64,000 nucleotides of DNA from Candidatus Nealsonbacteria bacterium (GCA_026396115.1 JAPLXL010000001.1:2761-66760), one strand, 5' to 3'; positions 8,312 through 17,409 are shown, counted from the stretch's first letter. Numbers and translations: made by a program. Notes: generated by a model from the sequence alone, not told the origin.

Positions 8312-9781
8312 TTAAAGTTTCATTATGAAGGCAAGTTGAATAAAAGCAGGTCTGTTGTCAATACTAGCTCCGCTACCTGCGCTGTCTGTAGTCCCACTAT
8401 GAGAGTGTGCGCCGCATGTACTCATTGAAGAGGTGTGTGAGTGATCCCCAGCCGAGGCTGCGGAGGCAAGTGATGGGGATGTGGACTTCGCTGCAAAGTA
8501 TTTGGCGGTGCTAGCTGCAGAGCAGCACCCTACGCCGTTACTAGAGCATGAGTACGGCGTCCCGTAGGCGTACACGGATGCTATACTATGGGTATGGGCG
8601 CCTGCACTGTTTATGGTAATTGTGTGTACGTGACAACCGCTAGTATCTGTTGTGAAAGTGTGTGTATGAGATGGCAGCTGACTAGCCGTTAGCGTGTATG
8701 AGTTTGCCCCGCCTGTTGCACCCAGGGTAGCAGAATTTATTGTGCCCATTACAAACCTGTCGCTAAGATTTGGTGTACCGTTATTACCGTTGCATAATGC
8801 CCAACCGGCAAGAGAACCGGTGCCTAACCCTGTGCCATCAAAATTCCATGCCCCCGAGTACATAATTATACCACCTGTTGGAGTACCGCCTGCAGGCGCA
8901 GGAGTCTGCCAGATTGCCAAACCAGCAGCATCTGAAGTAAGAACTTTGCCGGCGGCCGGAGAGCCACCGGTAATTTTAACCTGACCGGCAACTTCCAACT
9001 TGGCTCCGGGCGCAGCCGTCCCGATGCCGACGTTAGTGCCACTATCATAGATTTGAGAATTTCCAATTGTTGTACCGGCTGTAAATTTGACAAGATAGTT
9101 TGTTGTTCCACTCCCACCGATTCCAGCTGGTGGAACAGAACAAGTCAAGGTAGAACCAACCGCTGTCACATACTGACCAGAAGAACAGGCAGAAGGAAAA
9201 GAGGTTAATCTTGCCCAGGGAACAGAACCACCTTGTAAGGTTCCCGTCCATCTAACGTCTCCTGAAATGTCTAGTTTGTATCCCGGTGCCGCCGTCCCGA
9301 TGCCGACGTTAGTTCCATTGTTATAAATAACACTATTAGCTACCCAATTAGTGCCGTCATTCCTTAAAGTTTGGCCAGAAGATCCTGAGGGCAAAGTACC
9401 TGTAATTGTTTGCCAAGAAGCTAAACCTGCTGCGTCAGAAATTAAAGCCTTGCCTACACCTGGGATGCCTCCAGTAATCTTTATCTGCCCAGCAACTTCT
9501 AATTTGGCTCCCGGACTCGTCGTCCCGATGCCGACGTTGCCAGCTAAAACTGTTGTTCCAGCTGGATTAACATAATAGGCATTATTATCTGAATCATAAA
9601 AAATCGGAAAGGTTAAACTGCCAGTTTTGGTTTGGGCAGTGGAACCAACATTTATTGGAGCAGGAACATTACCCCCGGTTGGAGCGACACCGGGTTCTGT
9701 CCAAGCAAAAACCAGATAGCCAACCAAAAAACTCATTGTTAAAACCCCAAAAATTAGGGCTAAAGATTTTGTTTTTGACAT
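8312..9781 (-). CDS. Secreted repeat protein with AWTEP leader and C-terminal phage tail-collar-like domain
   Basis: There are internal ~45-aa repeats (NVGIGT.PGAKLEVAGQ.KITGG.P..GK.L.SDAAGLA.WQT). The C-terminal GWALCNGNNGTPNLSDRFVMG...YTLTASQLPSHTHTF matches my recollection of the tail-collar/MdpB signature. Confidence 0.75.
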   Translation of the reverse strand: MSKTKSLALIFGVLTMSFLVGYLVFAWTEPGVAPTGGNVPAPINVGSTAQTKTGSLTFPIFYDSDNNAYYVNPAGTTVLAGNVGIGTTSPGAKLEVAGQIKITGGIPGVGKALISDAAGLASWQTITGTLPSGSSGQTLRNDGTNWVANSVIYNNGTNVGIGTAAPGYKLDISGDVRWTGTLQGGSVPWARLTSFPSACSSGQYVTAVGSTLTCSVPPAGIGGSGTTNYLVKFTAGTTIGNSQIYDSGTNVGIGTAAPGAKLEVAGQVKITGGSPAAGKVLTSDAAGLAIWQTPAPAGGTPTGGIIMYSGAWNFDGTGLGTGSLAGWALCNGNNGTPNLSDRFVMGTINSATLGATGGANSYTLTASQLPSHTHTFTTDTSGCHVHTITINSAGAHTHSIASVYAYGTPYSCSSNGVGCCSAASTAKYFAAKSTSPSLASAASAGDHSHTSSMSTCGAHSHSGTTDSAGSGASIDNRPAFIQLAFIMKL

Positions 9782-9843
9782 ATTTTAACTAAATAGCTTG
9801 CTCCTAACCTTATTAAACAAAGCTAGAGATTTACTATTTAGCA

Positions 9844-10353
9844 TTAAAGCTTATTAATATAATCGACTTTAAATTGAGTTTTTCCTCGAATATTCTCTGG
9901 CGAGGAAATATTAACTTTTTCTCCTATTTTTAAATGTTTTAAACCTTCCATTCCTTGATATTGCGCTTTTTGGCCAGTTTCAAAGGTAATGGTTTCATCG
10001 GTAAAAATTAAAGTTAATTCTCGCGGTTTTTGATCGGTAAAATTAGAGCCTGACCCTTGAACTATTAATCTATCGGTTTTAATTTCAATAATCGTTCCCT
10101 CTGTATTAAGAATAACCGGTGGTAATTCTGGAATTTGCACTCCTTCTGGAATTTCGGTTTTTTCAATCTCGCCGATTTCTCCCGGAGCCAGAATTTCTTC
10201 GATGGTTTGAACTTCAACTGGAACCTCGGCCGGAACCTCAACTTGAGCAATTTTGTCTTTTTGCCAGAAAGCATAAATTATAATACTGATGAAAATTAAA
10301 ATCACCGCTATTACGATTCCGATAATGATGTTTTTATTAACTTTTGGCATCAT
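9844..10353 (-). CDS. Hypothetical membrane-anchored protein with MMPKVNKNI leader
   Basis: 169 aa; the first ~40 nt are near-identical to the starts of 5090-5404 and 6989-7621. Confidence 0.6.
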   Translation of the reverse strand: MMPKVNKNIIIGIVIAVILIFISIIIYAFWQKDKIAQVEVPAEVPVEVQTIEEILAPGEIGEIEKTEIPEGVQIPELPPVILNTEGTIIEIKTDRLIVQGSGSNFTDQKPRELTLIFTDETITFETGQKAQYQGMEGLKHLKIGEKVNISSPENIRGKTQFKVDYINKL

Positions 10354-10373
10354 AGATTTTAAATCTTAATTTC

Positions 10374-10643
10374 TCATTTTTCTACTGGTACTTCTTCTTC
10401 CAAACAATGCGTGCCTATTATACTGATTTGCTTTTCAACGCCGGTAACAGTAACCGGTTCGCATTTCTCAGCTTCAGTAATTAAAACATTTATTGTATTT
10501 ATTCTGCCTTGCTCATAAGCGTTTAATATCTGGACGTTTTTGAAATCGCTCCAGATGTCCCAAGCGATATAGACTACGGAAAAAACTATCCAAATGAAAA
10601 CAAGAAAATACAAAATTGTCTTTTTTGATAAAGTCATCTCCAT
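10374..10643 (-). CDS. Small membrane protein
   Basis: 89 aa with one TM segment. A remnant of its 5' end is duplicated at 5449-5487. Confidence 0.5.
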   Translation of the reverse strand: MEMTLSKKTILYFLVFIWIVFSVVYIAWDIWSDFKNVQILNAYEQGRINTINVLITEAEKCEPVTVTGVEKQISIIGTHCLEEEVPVEK

Positions 10644-10799
10644 TGTTTTGTTTGTTTAATGTAAATCCTATTTTTATTTATGATTAATTTAAAATACGAC
10701 CTTTATTCAATTATAACAAACTATGTCAGTCAAATAAAGTTGAATTACATTACGCTGGGAAGCCATCTCGCAGGACTCTTTTTACTATAAAATATCTCA

Positions 10800-10831
10800 A
10801 AAAATAAAAAACTCTCCAATAAACGGAGAGT
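10800..10831 (-). terminator. Intrinsic terminator downstream of clpP
   Basis: Minus-strand hairpin CTCTCC-N7-GGAGAG followed by a T-run. Confidence 0.65.
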
Positions 10832-10920
10832 TATTATCAACGTAAAAACTCATAAAAATTCTCATTTTCCATAGTGCATAAATTCCTATAGTTCTTGTCT
10901 GCTCGGTTTAAGGACAATTT

Positions 10921-11505
10921 TCATTCTTTTGGCTTAATAACCTGGTCAATCAAGCCGTATTCCTTGGCTTCTTCGGCAGATAAATAAAAATCCCTGTCAG
11001 TGTCTCTTTCAATTTTCTCTAAGGACTGACCGGTGTGCTTTTCCAGAATTTTGTTTAGTTTTTCTTTGATTTTAATAATCTGTTTGGCAGTAATTTCAAT
11101 TTCTACTGCTTCTCCGGTAACTCCGCCTGCTACCTGGTGCAGCAAAATCTGAGAATTGGGGAGAGCGAAACGTTTTCCTTTTTTCCCGGCTGCCAGCAAG
11201 GTAGCTCCCATGGAAGCTGCCAAACCAAAACAAACAGTAGAAATATCAGGCTTGACATACTGCATGGTATCGTAAATTGCCATGCCAGCAGTAACCGAGC
11301 CGCCGGGAGTATTAATGTAAAGTTGAATGTCTTTGTGGGAATCTTTTGAAGCCAAAAATAACATTTGAGCAATAATAGAATTAGCTACAGGGTCGGTAAT
11401 AGGTCCTGCCAAAAATATAATTCTGTCTTTTAAAAGCCGGGAATAAATATCATAAGCCCTCTCTCCATATTGAGATTTTTCTATGACCGTGGGAATTAGG
11501 TTCAT
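10921..11505 (-). CDS. clpP: ATP-dependent Clp protease proteolytic subunit
   Basis: [32 protein letters not shown]..., the GLAASMGA active-site Ser context, and a typical 194-aa length. Confidence 0.95.
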   Translation of the reverse strand: MNLIPTVIEKSQYGERAYDIYSRLLKDRIIFLAGPITDPVANSIIAQMLFLASKDSHKDIQLYINTPGGSVTAGMAIYDTMQYVKPDISTVCFGLAASMGATLLAAGKKGKRFALPNSQILLHQVAGGVTGEAVEIEITAKQIIKIKEKLNKILEKHTGQSLEKIERDTDRDFYLSAEEAKEYGLIDQVIKPKE

Positions 11506-11555
11506 AATCTAATTATACCAAAAATCCGATGAAAAGCGAAACAACAATACTCAAA

Positions 11556-12830
11556 TTAGTCCTGAGTTGTTTTAGTCGTCTTTTTCTTTTTGATTTCTTT
11601 TTCAACAGGCGAAGAGGACTTCGTCCTCTTCTTCACCTTCGCTTCCATAGATGGAAGCTCGGTTTCTAATTTTTCTCCCTCCTCTTCTTTTTTATCTTTT
11701 TCGTCCTCTCTTGGAGATCTGATGTCTATTTTCCAACCGGTTAGTTTTGCCGCCAATCTTACATTCTGACCATCTTTGCCAATAGCCAAAGACAATTGAT
11801 CTTCGGAAATAATAACTTGGGCTTTGTTTTTGGGCATTATTTTTACCTCTAAGGACTTGGCAGGCGACAAGGAATTGGCAATATACTTTTCTGGCTCCGG
11901 AGAATATGCGACAATATCAATTTTTTCTCCTGCCAACTCATTAATTACAGCCATAACCCTCGTTCCTTTTTGGCCAATCATGCTGCCAATAGGGTCAACT
12001 CCTTCAATGTCGGAGCATACCGCAATTTTAGACCTGGAACCTGGCTCTCTGGCGATTGACTTTATCTGAACTTGACCTGAAGAAACTTCCGGCACCTCCA
12101 ACTCAAAAAGTTTTGAAATTAATTTGGGGTAAGCCCGAGATAAAATTATGGCCGGCCCTCTTGGCGTTTCTTCAACTTTTAAAAGATAAACCTTGAGCCG
12201 TTGGCCCGGCCGATAAAATTCTCCCGGCACCTGTTCTTCTTTTGGCAAGACGCCAAGGGTTTTGCCAATATCTAAAAAAACATTTCTTCCTTCAATTCTT
12301 TGAACAATTCCGGAAATTATTTCTCCTTCCTTGGCCTTGTATTCATCCAAAATACTTTCTTTTTCTGCTTCTCTAATTCTTTGTAAAATAACTTGTTTTG
12401 CGGTCTGGGCAGCAATCCGACCATAATCTATTTTTGTTTCCAAGGGAATTTCTAATTCTTGAGCAACCTTAATCTTTGGGTTTATTTTTTTTGCTTCTTT
12501 GAGCATAATATGCTTTTCAGGATTAAAACGAACTTTTTTACCGGCCGAAACTTCGCCGGCCACGGGCTTTTCTCCCACCTTCGTTTCCATTTGTGAAAGC
12601 TCGGTTTCAGAATAAATCATGTCTTTATCGATAATTAATTTTACTTGCCAAAACTTAACATCGCCTGATTCCGGATCAAGTTTAGCTTTGATTATCTGTC
12701 CTTTTTTTCCGTAATCTTTTTTATAGGCAGCGGCAATCGCCATTTCAATGGTTCCCAAAACCTTTTCCGTAGAAATACCTTTTTCTTCGGCAATCTGAGC
12801 AATGGCTGACATGAAGTTTTTTATATCCAT
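11556..12830 (-). CDS. nusA: Transcription termination/antitermination factor NusA; C-terminal tail partly encoded by a repeat element
   Basis: The N-terminal NusA signature, S1 domain and two KH-like regions are recognisable. The last ~40 aa overlap family-1 element 11608-11665. Confidence 0.92.
   Translation of the reverse strand: MDIKNFMSAIAQIAEEKGISTEKVLGTIEMAIAAAYKKDYGKKGQIIKAKLDPESGDVKFWQVKLIIDKDMIYSETELSQMETKVGEKPVAGEVSAGKKVRFNPEKHIMLKEAKKINPKIKVAQELEIPLETKIDYGRIAAQTAKQVILQRIREAEKESILDEYKAKEGEIISGIVQRIEGRNVFLDIGKTLGVLPKEEQVPGEFYRPGQRLKVYLLKVEETPRGPAIILSRAYPKLISKLFELEVPEVSSGQVQIKSIAREPGSRSKIAVCSDIEGVDPIGSMIGQKGTRVMAVINELAGEKIDIVAYSPEPEKYIANSLSPAKSLEVKIMPKNKAQVIISEDQLSLAIGKDGQNVRLAAKLTGWKIDIRSPREDEKDKKEEEGEKLETELPSMEAKVKKRTKSSSPVEKEIKKKKTTKTTQD
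11608..11665 (+). repeat. Family-1 mini-element inside the 3' end of nusA
   Basis: GGCGAAGAGGAC-TTC-GTCCTCTTC TTCACCTTCG CTTCCAT-AGA-TGGAAG CTCGGTTTC. Confidence 0.85.
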
Positions 12831-12924
12831 AATTTTAATAAAAGTGTCCGCACTCCACGGACTATGTTAATTATAACAAAACAAAACTATCCGTCAATGA
12901 AATGAAAAACCGCAAAGAGTGCAT

Positions 12925-13320
12925 CTAAAAAACAGAGTTTTTAAAATGCCGAATTTTAGCCAGCTTACTCTTGAAATCTATTTTAATGGCAATAACATCA
13001 ATCTGCCACTTTGAATCCAAGGGAATTTTCTTTTCCATTAACCAAAATTCAGCCGTCTTGATTATTTTCCTTTGTTTTAAAAAATTAACTTTTTGTTCCG
13101 GCCTTATCAACGAGAACTGTTCTCGTTGATTTTGGGTTTGGGTTTTTACTTCAATAAAAGAAATTATGTTATCTTTTTTTGTCACAAGGTCAACTTCTCC
13201 TCTTTTGGGGCCGGAATTGAAATTGGTTGAATAATTCTTATCTAAAATTTGATATCCTTTCTTCATCAAATAATTTTCGGCAATTTTCTCTCCCCAAATT
13301 CCTGTTTGTTTTGAATCCAT
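12925..13320 (-). CDS. YraN-family (UPF0102) endonuclease-like protein
   Basis: GIWGEKIAENYLMKKGYQILDKNY...GEVDLV...ISFIEVKT. The start is moved to MDSKQ (13320) because the longer track ORF runs through tRNA-Ala. Confidence 0.8.
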   Translation of the reverse strand: MDSKQTGIWGEKIAENYLMKKGYQILDKNYSTNFNSGPKRGEVDLVTKKDNIISFIEVKTQTQNQREQFSLIRPEQKVNFLKQRKIIKTAEFWLMEKKIPLDSKWQIDVIAIKIDFKSKLAKIRHFKNSVF

Positions 13321-13322
13321 AG

Positions 13323-13394
13323 TGGACCCAGAGGGAATTGAACCCTCAGTCTCCTCAATGCGAATGAGGTGTTTTGCCGTTAAACTATAGGCCC
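13323..13394 (-). tRNA. tRNA-Ala (anticodon CGC)
   Basis: Hand-folded cloverleaf: acceptor GGGCCTA/TGGGTCC with G3:U70, D-stem GTTT/AAAC, anticodon loop TTCGCAT, T-arm GAGGG-TTCAATT-CCCTC. No encoded CCA. Confidence 0.9.
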
Positions 13395-13413
13395 TTTTTA
13401 CCTCCAGCTTAAT

Positions 13414-13484
13414 TCGGGCTGCTGAGATTTGCACTCAGGCTAAATCCTCCCGAAGGACTCGTGCTACTATTACACTACAGCCCG
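13414..13484 (-). tRNA. tRNA-Pro (anticodon CGG)
   Basis: Hand-folded: acceptor CGGGCTG/CAGCCCG, D-stem GTGT/GCAC, anticodon stem AGTCC/GGATT with loop TTCGGGA, T-arm CTGAG-TGCAAAT-CTCAG. No encoded CCA. Confidence 0.85.
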
Positions 13485-15026
13485 TTACGTTACCCAGTAC
13501 TTCTTTTTTGTCATTTCATCTTTTTTTGTTTCAATTTTGTCTCTTTCTCCTCTGGCTTTTTGAGCCAACTTCTGAAGTTTCTTTTCTGGCAATTTTCCTA
13601 ATTTTTTAATTTCTTTTTCTAAAAAATCTTTTTTGTTTTTTTTTGGATCAGATAAGACATAACCAAGCAGAACATCCAAAATTTGTCCTATCATTGGTCC
13701 TGGCTGAATTTTCAAAATTTCCATTACATCTTTTCCATTTACTTTAAGCATCTTAACAGAGATCGGATCTCTACTAACTTTTTCAACGATATATTTTAAG
13801 TGTCTTAATTTATATGGCTCTGCTTTGGGGACGCCAGAGCCAATTCTGTCTGCCATTCTGACCTGTAATAATTCTTCCATGTTTTCCGGGTCTACCTGAC
13901 GGACCAATCTTCTGACCGAACTCTCTCCTACCTCCTCAGTGTTATAATAAAAAAGATGGTATCTAACTAATTTGACGATTTTTTCAATATCTCTTTTAGA
14001 AAATTTCAATCTGTTTAAAATTTGAGCGGTCATTTTAGCGCTAACTATTTCGTGGCCATAGAAAGTGGCATCCTGTCCCTCACCGCGCTTGCAGCGGGGC
14101 TTAGCAACATCATGCAAGAGAGCAGCCATTCTTACACATTTATTAAAATTTTTTCTGGCAGCATAATCCAATGATTTTAAACTATGCTCGTAACAATCGT
14201 ATATATGATGTTTATTCTGTAAAATACCGTAGCCCTCTTCCAATTCCAGAATAATATATTTTAAAAGGCCTAATTTCCTTAAAAGTTCGATGCCCTCGGC
14301 CGCTCTTCCTGACATAATAATTTTCATTAATTCATCCCTGATTCTTTCTTTAGAAATTGCCTGAATCCAAACCGCATTATTCTTTATAGCTTTGGCGGTA
14401 TTGGTTTCAACCTGCCAACCCTCGCCCAAAACAACAGCAAATCTTGCAGCGCGCATCATTCTCAAAGCGTCTTCTGAAAACCTTTCTTCCGGACTCCCCA
14501 CCGCTCTGATAATTTTATTTTTAAGGTCTTGCTGGCCATTAAATGGATCGACAATTTTAATCTCTAGTTTTTTCCCCGGATAAACTCCTCCTGCCGTTTT
14601 TCCATAAATTTGACTTAGAGGAGTTGGTTCAATCGAAAGTATTTTTCTTATTTCCATTGCCATGGCATTGACTGTAAAATCCCTTCTGGCCAAATCTTCT
14701 TCAATGGTTTTGGCAAATTTTATCTCGTCTGGATGCCTTTTATCAGAATACTTTGCTTCAGAACGATAAGTGGTGATTTCAATTTCTTTTAATTTAGGGT
14801 TTTTGCTCCCGGTTTGAACGGTTACTGTTAAAAATTTATTTTCATAAAAACTCTTAGGGAATACTTTTTGAATTTCTTCTGGTTTAGCATTAGTTGCCAC
14901 GTCCCAATCTTCCGACTCCGCTCCCCGCAAAAAATCTCTGATGCAGCCACCCACAACAAAAGCTTCAAACCCTCCTGCCTTTTCCAACTTTTCAATAATA
15001 AGTTTTACTTCTTTTGGGACCTGCAT
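13485..15026 (-). CDS. cca: CCA-adding tRNA nucleotidyltransferase (PolyA-pol family head plus HD domain)
   Basis: FVVGGCIRDFLRG...DWDVAT at the N-terminus and an HD region (LLHDVAKP). This is consistent with none of the four tRNAs encoding CCA. Confidence 0.85.
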   Translation of the reverse strand: MQVPKEVKLIIEKLEKAGGFEAFVVGGCIRDFLRGAESEDWDVATNAKPEEIQKVFPKSFYENKFLTVTVQTGSKNPKLKEIEITTYRSEAKYSDKRHPDEIKFAKTIEEDLARRDFTVNAMAMEIRKILSIEPTPLSQIYGKTAGGVYPGKKLEIKIVDPFNGQQDLKNKIIRAVGSPEERFSEDALRMMRAARFAVVLGEGWQVETNTAKAIKNNAVWIQAISKERIRDELMKIIMSGRAAEGIELLRKLGLLKYIILELEEGYGILQNKHHIYDCYEHSLKSLDYAARKNFNKCVRMAALLHDVAKPRCKRGEGQDATFYGHEIVSAKMTAQILNRLKFSKRDIEKIVKLVRYHLFYYNTEEVGESSVRRLVRQVDPENMEELLQVRMADRIGSGVPKAEPYKLRHLKYIVEKVSRDPISVKMLKVNGKDVMEILKIQPGPMIGQILDVLLGYVLSDPKKNKKDFLEKEIKKLGKLPEKKLQKLAQKARGERDKIETKKDEMTKKKYWVT

Positions 15027-15095
15027 ATTATCATATTATCTCAAAAACTTGTTTTTTTCAATGCGTCTGTTAAAATAATAAAATACAAACGAAAA

Positions 15096-15135
15096 GCCCC
15101 CGTGGTCTAATGGATAAGGTGCCCCGCCCTTTTAC
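15096..15135 (+). pseudogene. 5' half of a tRNA (reads as Lys, anticodon UUU) truncated immediately after the anticodon loop
   Basis: GCCCCCG TG GTCT AATGGATA AGGT .. CCGCC CTTTTAC, then the 5' end of tRNA-Arg begins. No 3' anticodon stem, T-arm or acceptor strand follows locally. Confidence 0.55.
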
Positions 15136-15207
15136 GTCCCCTTAGCTTAATGGATAAAGTGCTGGTCTTCGGAACCAGCGATAGAGGTTCGACTCCTCTA
15201 GGGGACA
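15136..15207 (+). tRNA. tRNA-Arg (anticodon UCG)
   Basis: Hand-folded: acceptor GTCCCCT/AGGGGAC, anticodon stem CTGGT/ACCAG with loop CTTCGGA, T-arm AGAGG-TTCGACT-CCTCT. Confidence 0.9.
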
Positions 15208-15215
15208 CACAAAAA

Positions 15216-16370
15216 ATGAATTATAATAAAATCAACATGAGGAAAATATTTTTAATTGTTTTTTTATTTTTGTTTCTATTTCCTTTTTTGATTAACGCCC
15301 AAGGTTTGGTTCCTTGCGGCGGTCCGGACAAGCCAGCTTGTCAGCTTTGCCATATTTTTGTCTTGTTTGACAATATTGTTAAATTTCTTCTCATTCCTTG
15401 TCTCCTTAACAGTTATGTGGCTATTGTTCCGCTTATTGCCACTTTGATGATAGTGATTGGCGGAGTAATGTTTTTTGCTGCTGTCGGAGATCCCTCTAAA
15501 ATCGGCAAGGCAACAAGCCTTTTAACAGCGGTTGCTATTGGCTTGGTCATAATTTATGGCGCCTGGTTGTTAGTTAATGCTTTTTTCCTGGTAATAGGAG
15601 TAAATGTATGGACCGGACCAGGAGAGGGTTGGTTTAAAATTGATTGTCCAATAGAAGAGGGGGGAGTTCCGATAACTCCCCCAACTCCCCCAACTCCCCC
15701 AACTCCCACAGTTCCCAGCGATTACACTACTAAAGACGAATGCATAGGGGCAGGTTATTATTGGTATGACGGAGCTTGCCATGAAGAAGAAGAAGATTGG
15801 AGCGGTGTTCCGCAATATGAAATTAATGATCCTAATATGACATGTTCTCCTATAAGTATATCTCGTGAATGTGCCGCCGGATTTAAATTAAATAGAGGCA
15901 AATGTGAGCCAGGTGATAATACGGAACTAATTAAGAGCGCAGAAATTGTCGGTGAAGGATGGTATTGTGAGTTTCAAGGAAAGGAATGGGTTATGGGAAC
16001 TTGTCATCCTCCTGTTGGCACTCTATATATTGATTGTATTATTGATCCCGATTATATTCCTCCTGAAGAACAAATAGAGCAGAAGAAAAAAGAAATAGAA
16101 GAAAAATATCCTAACTTAGTTGGAGAATGGAAAGAAATGCCTATCGGTTGTCCGGACTGGGATCAGGATTGCGATGAGGCTATTGGAACAGCCGAGTGTG
16201 GGACACAAAAGAAGATAAAAGATGGTTTTTGTTTTCCTACAGAACCAACCAAATTACTTAACCCTCCAGGAGAAATTATGGGAAATGGATGGCATTGTGA
16301 GCTCGGAAAAGCTGACGCTAATAGTCCAAGTCCAGAGGGTAAATCTTTTGCCTATTGTGTTCCGGAATAA
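15216..16370 (+). CDS. VirB2/TrbC-like T4SS-pilin-family membrane protein with PTPP linker and Cys-rich C-terminal extension
   Basis: Signal peptide, then GLVPCGGPDKPACQLCHIFVLFDNIVKFLL plus two TM helices. This matches the LVPCG..C..C pilin family I recall from CPR genomes. The start is moved to 15216 because the track ORF overlaps tRNA-Arg. Confidence 0.65.
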   Translation: MNYNKINMRKIFLIVFLFLFLFPFLINAQGLVPCGGPDKPACQLCHIFVLFDNIVKFLLIPCLLNSYVAIVPLIATLMIVIGGVMFFAAVGDPSKIGKATSLLTAVAIGLVIIYGAWLLVNAFFLVIGVNVWTGPGEGWFKIDCPIEEGGVPITPPTPPTPPTPTVPSDYTTKDECIGAGYYWYDGACHEEEEDWSGVPQYEINDPNMTCSPISISRECAAGFKLNRGKCEPGDNTELIKSAEIVGEGWYCEFQGKEWVMGTCHPPVGTLYIDCIIDPDYIPPEEQIEQKKKEIEEKYPNLVGEWKEMPIGCPDWDQDCDEAIGTAECGTQKKIKDGFCFPTEPTKLLNPPGEIMGNGWHCELGKADANSPSPEGKSFAYCVPE

Positions 16371-16371
16371 A

Positions 16372-16445
16372 GCCCCGCTAGCTCAATTCGGTAGAGCAGA
16401 TCCCTCTTAAGGATAAGGTTGCAGGTTCGAGCCCTGCGCGGGGCA
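16372..16445 (+). tRNA. tRNA-Lys (anticodon CUU)
   Basis: Hand-folded: acceptor GCCCCGC/GCGGGGC, D-arm GCTC-AATTCGGTA-GAGC, anticodon loop CTCTTAA, T-arm GCAGG-TTCGAGC-CCTGC. Confidence 0.9.
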
Positions 16446-16524
16446 CTGGAAATTGGGGCGGGGTGAAAATCCTGGCGGGGGCACCAAAAACAATTTTTAA
16501 TTTTCAATTATTAATTTTAAAATA

Positions 16525-16622
16525 GTCGAAGAGATAAATCTCTTCTTCACCTACCCGAGTCGCAACGAAGGGTAGAGAAGAAGGAATCTTCTTTGACTTC
16601 GCTTCCTTCGGAAGCTCGATAT
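16525..16622 (+). repeat. Family-1 mini-element, long form, ending at the rpsO start codon
   Basis: GTCGAAGAGAT-AA-ATCTCTTC ... CTTTGACTTCG CTTCC-TTC-GGAAG CTCGATAT, then ATG. Confidence 0.85.
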
Positions 16623-16889
16623 ATGATTACGCCAGAAGAAAAAGAAAAAATAATCAAAAGCTATAAACTGCACGATTTAGATACGGGTTCTCCGGAAGTT
16701 CAGGTTGCTCTGTTGTCAGAAGAAATCAAGCAATTGCTTTTACATTTGAAAAAGCATGCTAAAGATTTTCATTCAAAAAGAGGGTTATTAAAAATGGTTT
16801 CAAAAAGAAGGACTTTGTTAAATTATTTAAAGCAGGAAGACACAAAAAGATATAATAGTATAATTAAAAAAATAGGGTTGAAGAAATAA
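16623..16889 (+). CDS. rpsO: 30S ribosomal protein S15
   Basis: [38 protein letters not shown]...; 88 aa. The 10 extra N-terminal codons in the track ORF lie in the repeat element. Confidence 0.93.
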   Translation: MITPEEKEKIIKSYKLHDLDTGSPEVQVALLSEEIKQLLLHLKKHAKDFHSKRGLLKMVSKRRTLLNYLKQEDTKRYNSIIKKIGLKK

Positions 16890-16900
16890 ATTTTTACGTT

Positions 16901-17407
16901 ATGATAATTAAACATTTCGGACAACGCGTAGCCGTCTTAATTGACGTTCAAAATCTTTATCACTCTGCCAAAAATCTTTATGGAGCCCGCGTTAATTTCG
17001 GAGCCATTTTAAAATCAACTGTTTCTGGCAGAATCCTAATCAGGGCTTTTGCTTACGTTGTCAGAACAAAAAGCGGAGAAGAAAAGCCGTTTTTTGAGGC
17101 CTTAATCAAGCTAGGAATTGAAACCAGGGTTAGAGATCTGCAGGAATTTTTTGGCGGCTTAAAAAAAGCTGACTGGGACGTGGGAATTACGGTTGATGCC
17201 ATAAGAATTGCTCAAAGCTGCGATACAATTATTTTGTGTTCTGGCGATGGCGACTTTATCCAGTTGGTAGAATATTTGAAAAACCAAGGAAAAAGAGTGG
17301 AAATCGTTGCTTTTGGAAGATCGTCTTCTTCTAAATTAAAAGAAGTTGCAGATGAGTTTATTGATTTGGAAAAAAGCCTGGAAAAATATTTATTAAAAAC
17401 AAAATGA
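16901..17407 (+). CDS. NYN/LabA-like domain protein
   Basis: RVAVLIDVQNLYHSAKN...ILCSGDGDFIQLVEYLKNQGKRVEIVAF. Confidence 0.8.
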   Translation: MIIKHFGQRVAVLIDVQNLYHSAKNLYGARVNFGAILKSTVSGRILIRAFAYVVRTKSGEEKPFFEALIKLGIETRVRDLQEFFGGLKKADWDVGITVDAIRIAQSCDTIILCSGDGDFIQLVEYLKNQGKRVEIVAFGRSSSSKLKEVADEFIDLEKSLEKYLLKTK

Positions 17408-17409
17408 TG

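Noticed and set aside
8312-9781. Internal DNA repeats of the tail-collar gene as a diversity-generating retroelement TR/VR pair
   Set aside because: There is no reverse transcriptase in the window. The differences between the repeats are not confined to adenine positions. The repeats are in-frame structural repeats of one protein.
13321-13434. N-terminal 38 codons of track ORF 12925-13434
   Set aside because: They run through tRNA-Ala and toward tRNA-Pro. The YraN homology starts after the Met at 13320.
15150-15215. N-terminal 22 codons of track ORF 15150-16370
   Set aside because: They overlap tRNA-Arg (15136-15207). A plausible start with a signal peptide follows at 15216.
16440-16482. 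Four G-runs (GGGG..GGGG.GGGG..GGGGG) as a G-quadruplex
   Set aside because: The first run is the tRNA-Lys acceptor stem and the loops are 11 and 13 nt. The tRNA-remnant interpretation explains the G-runs better.
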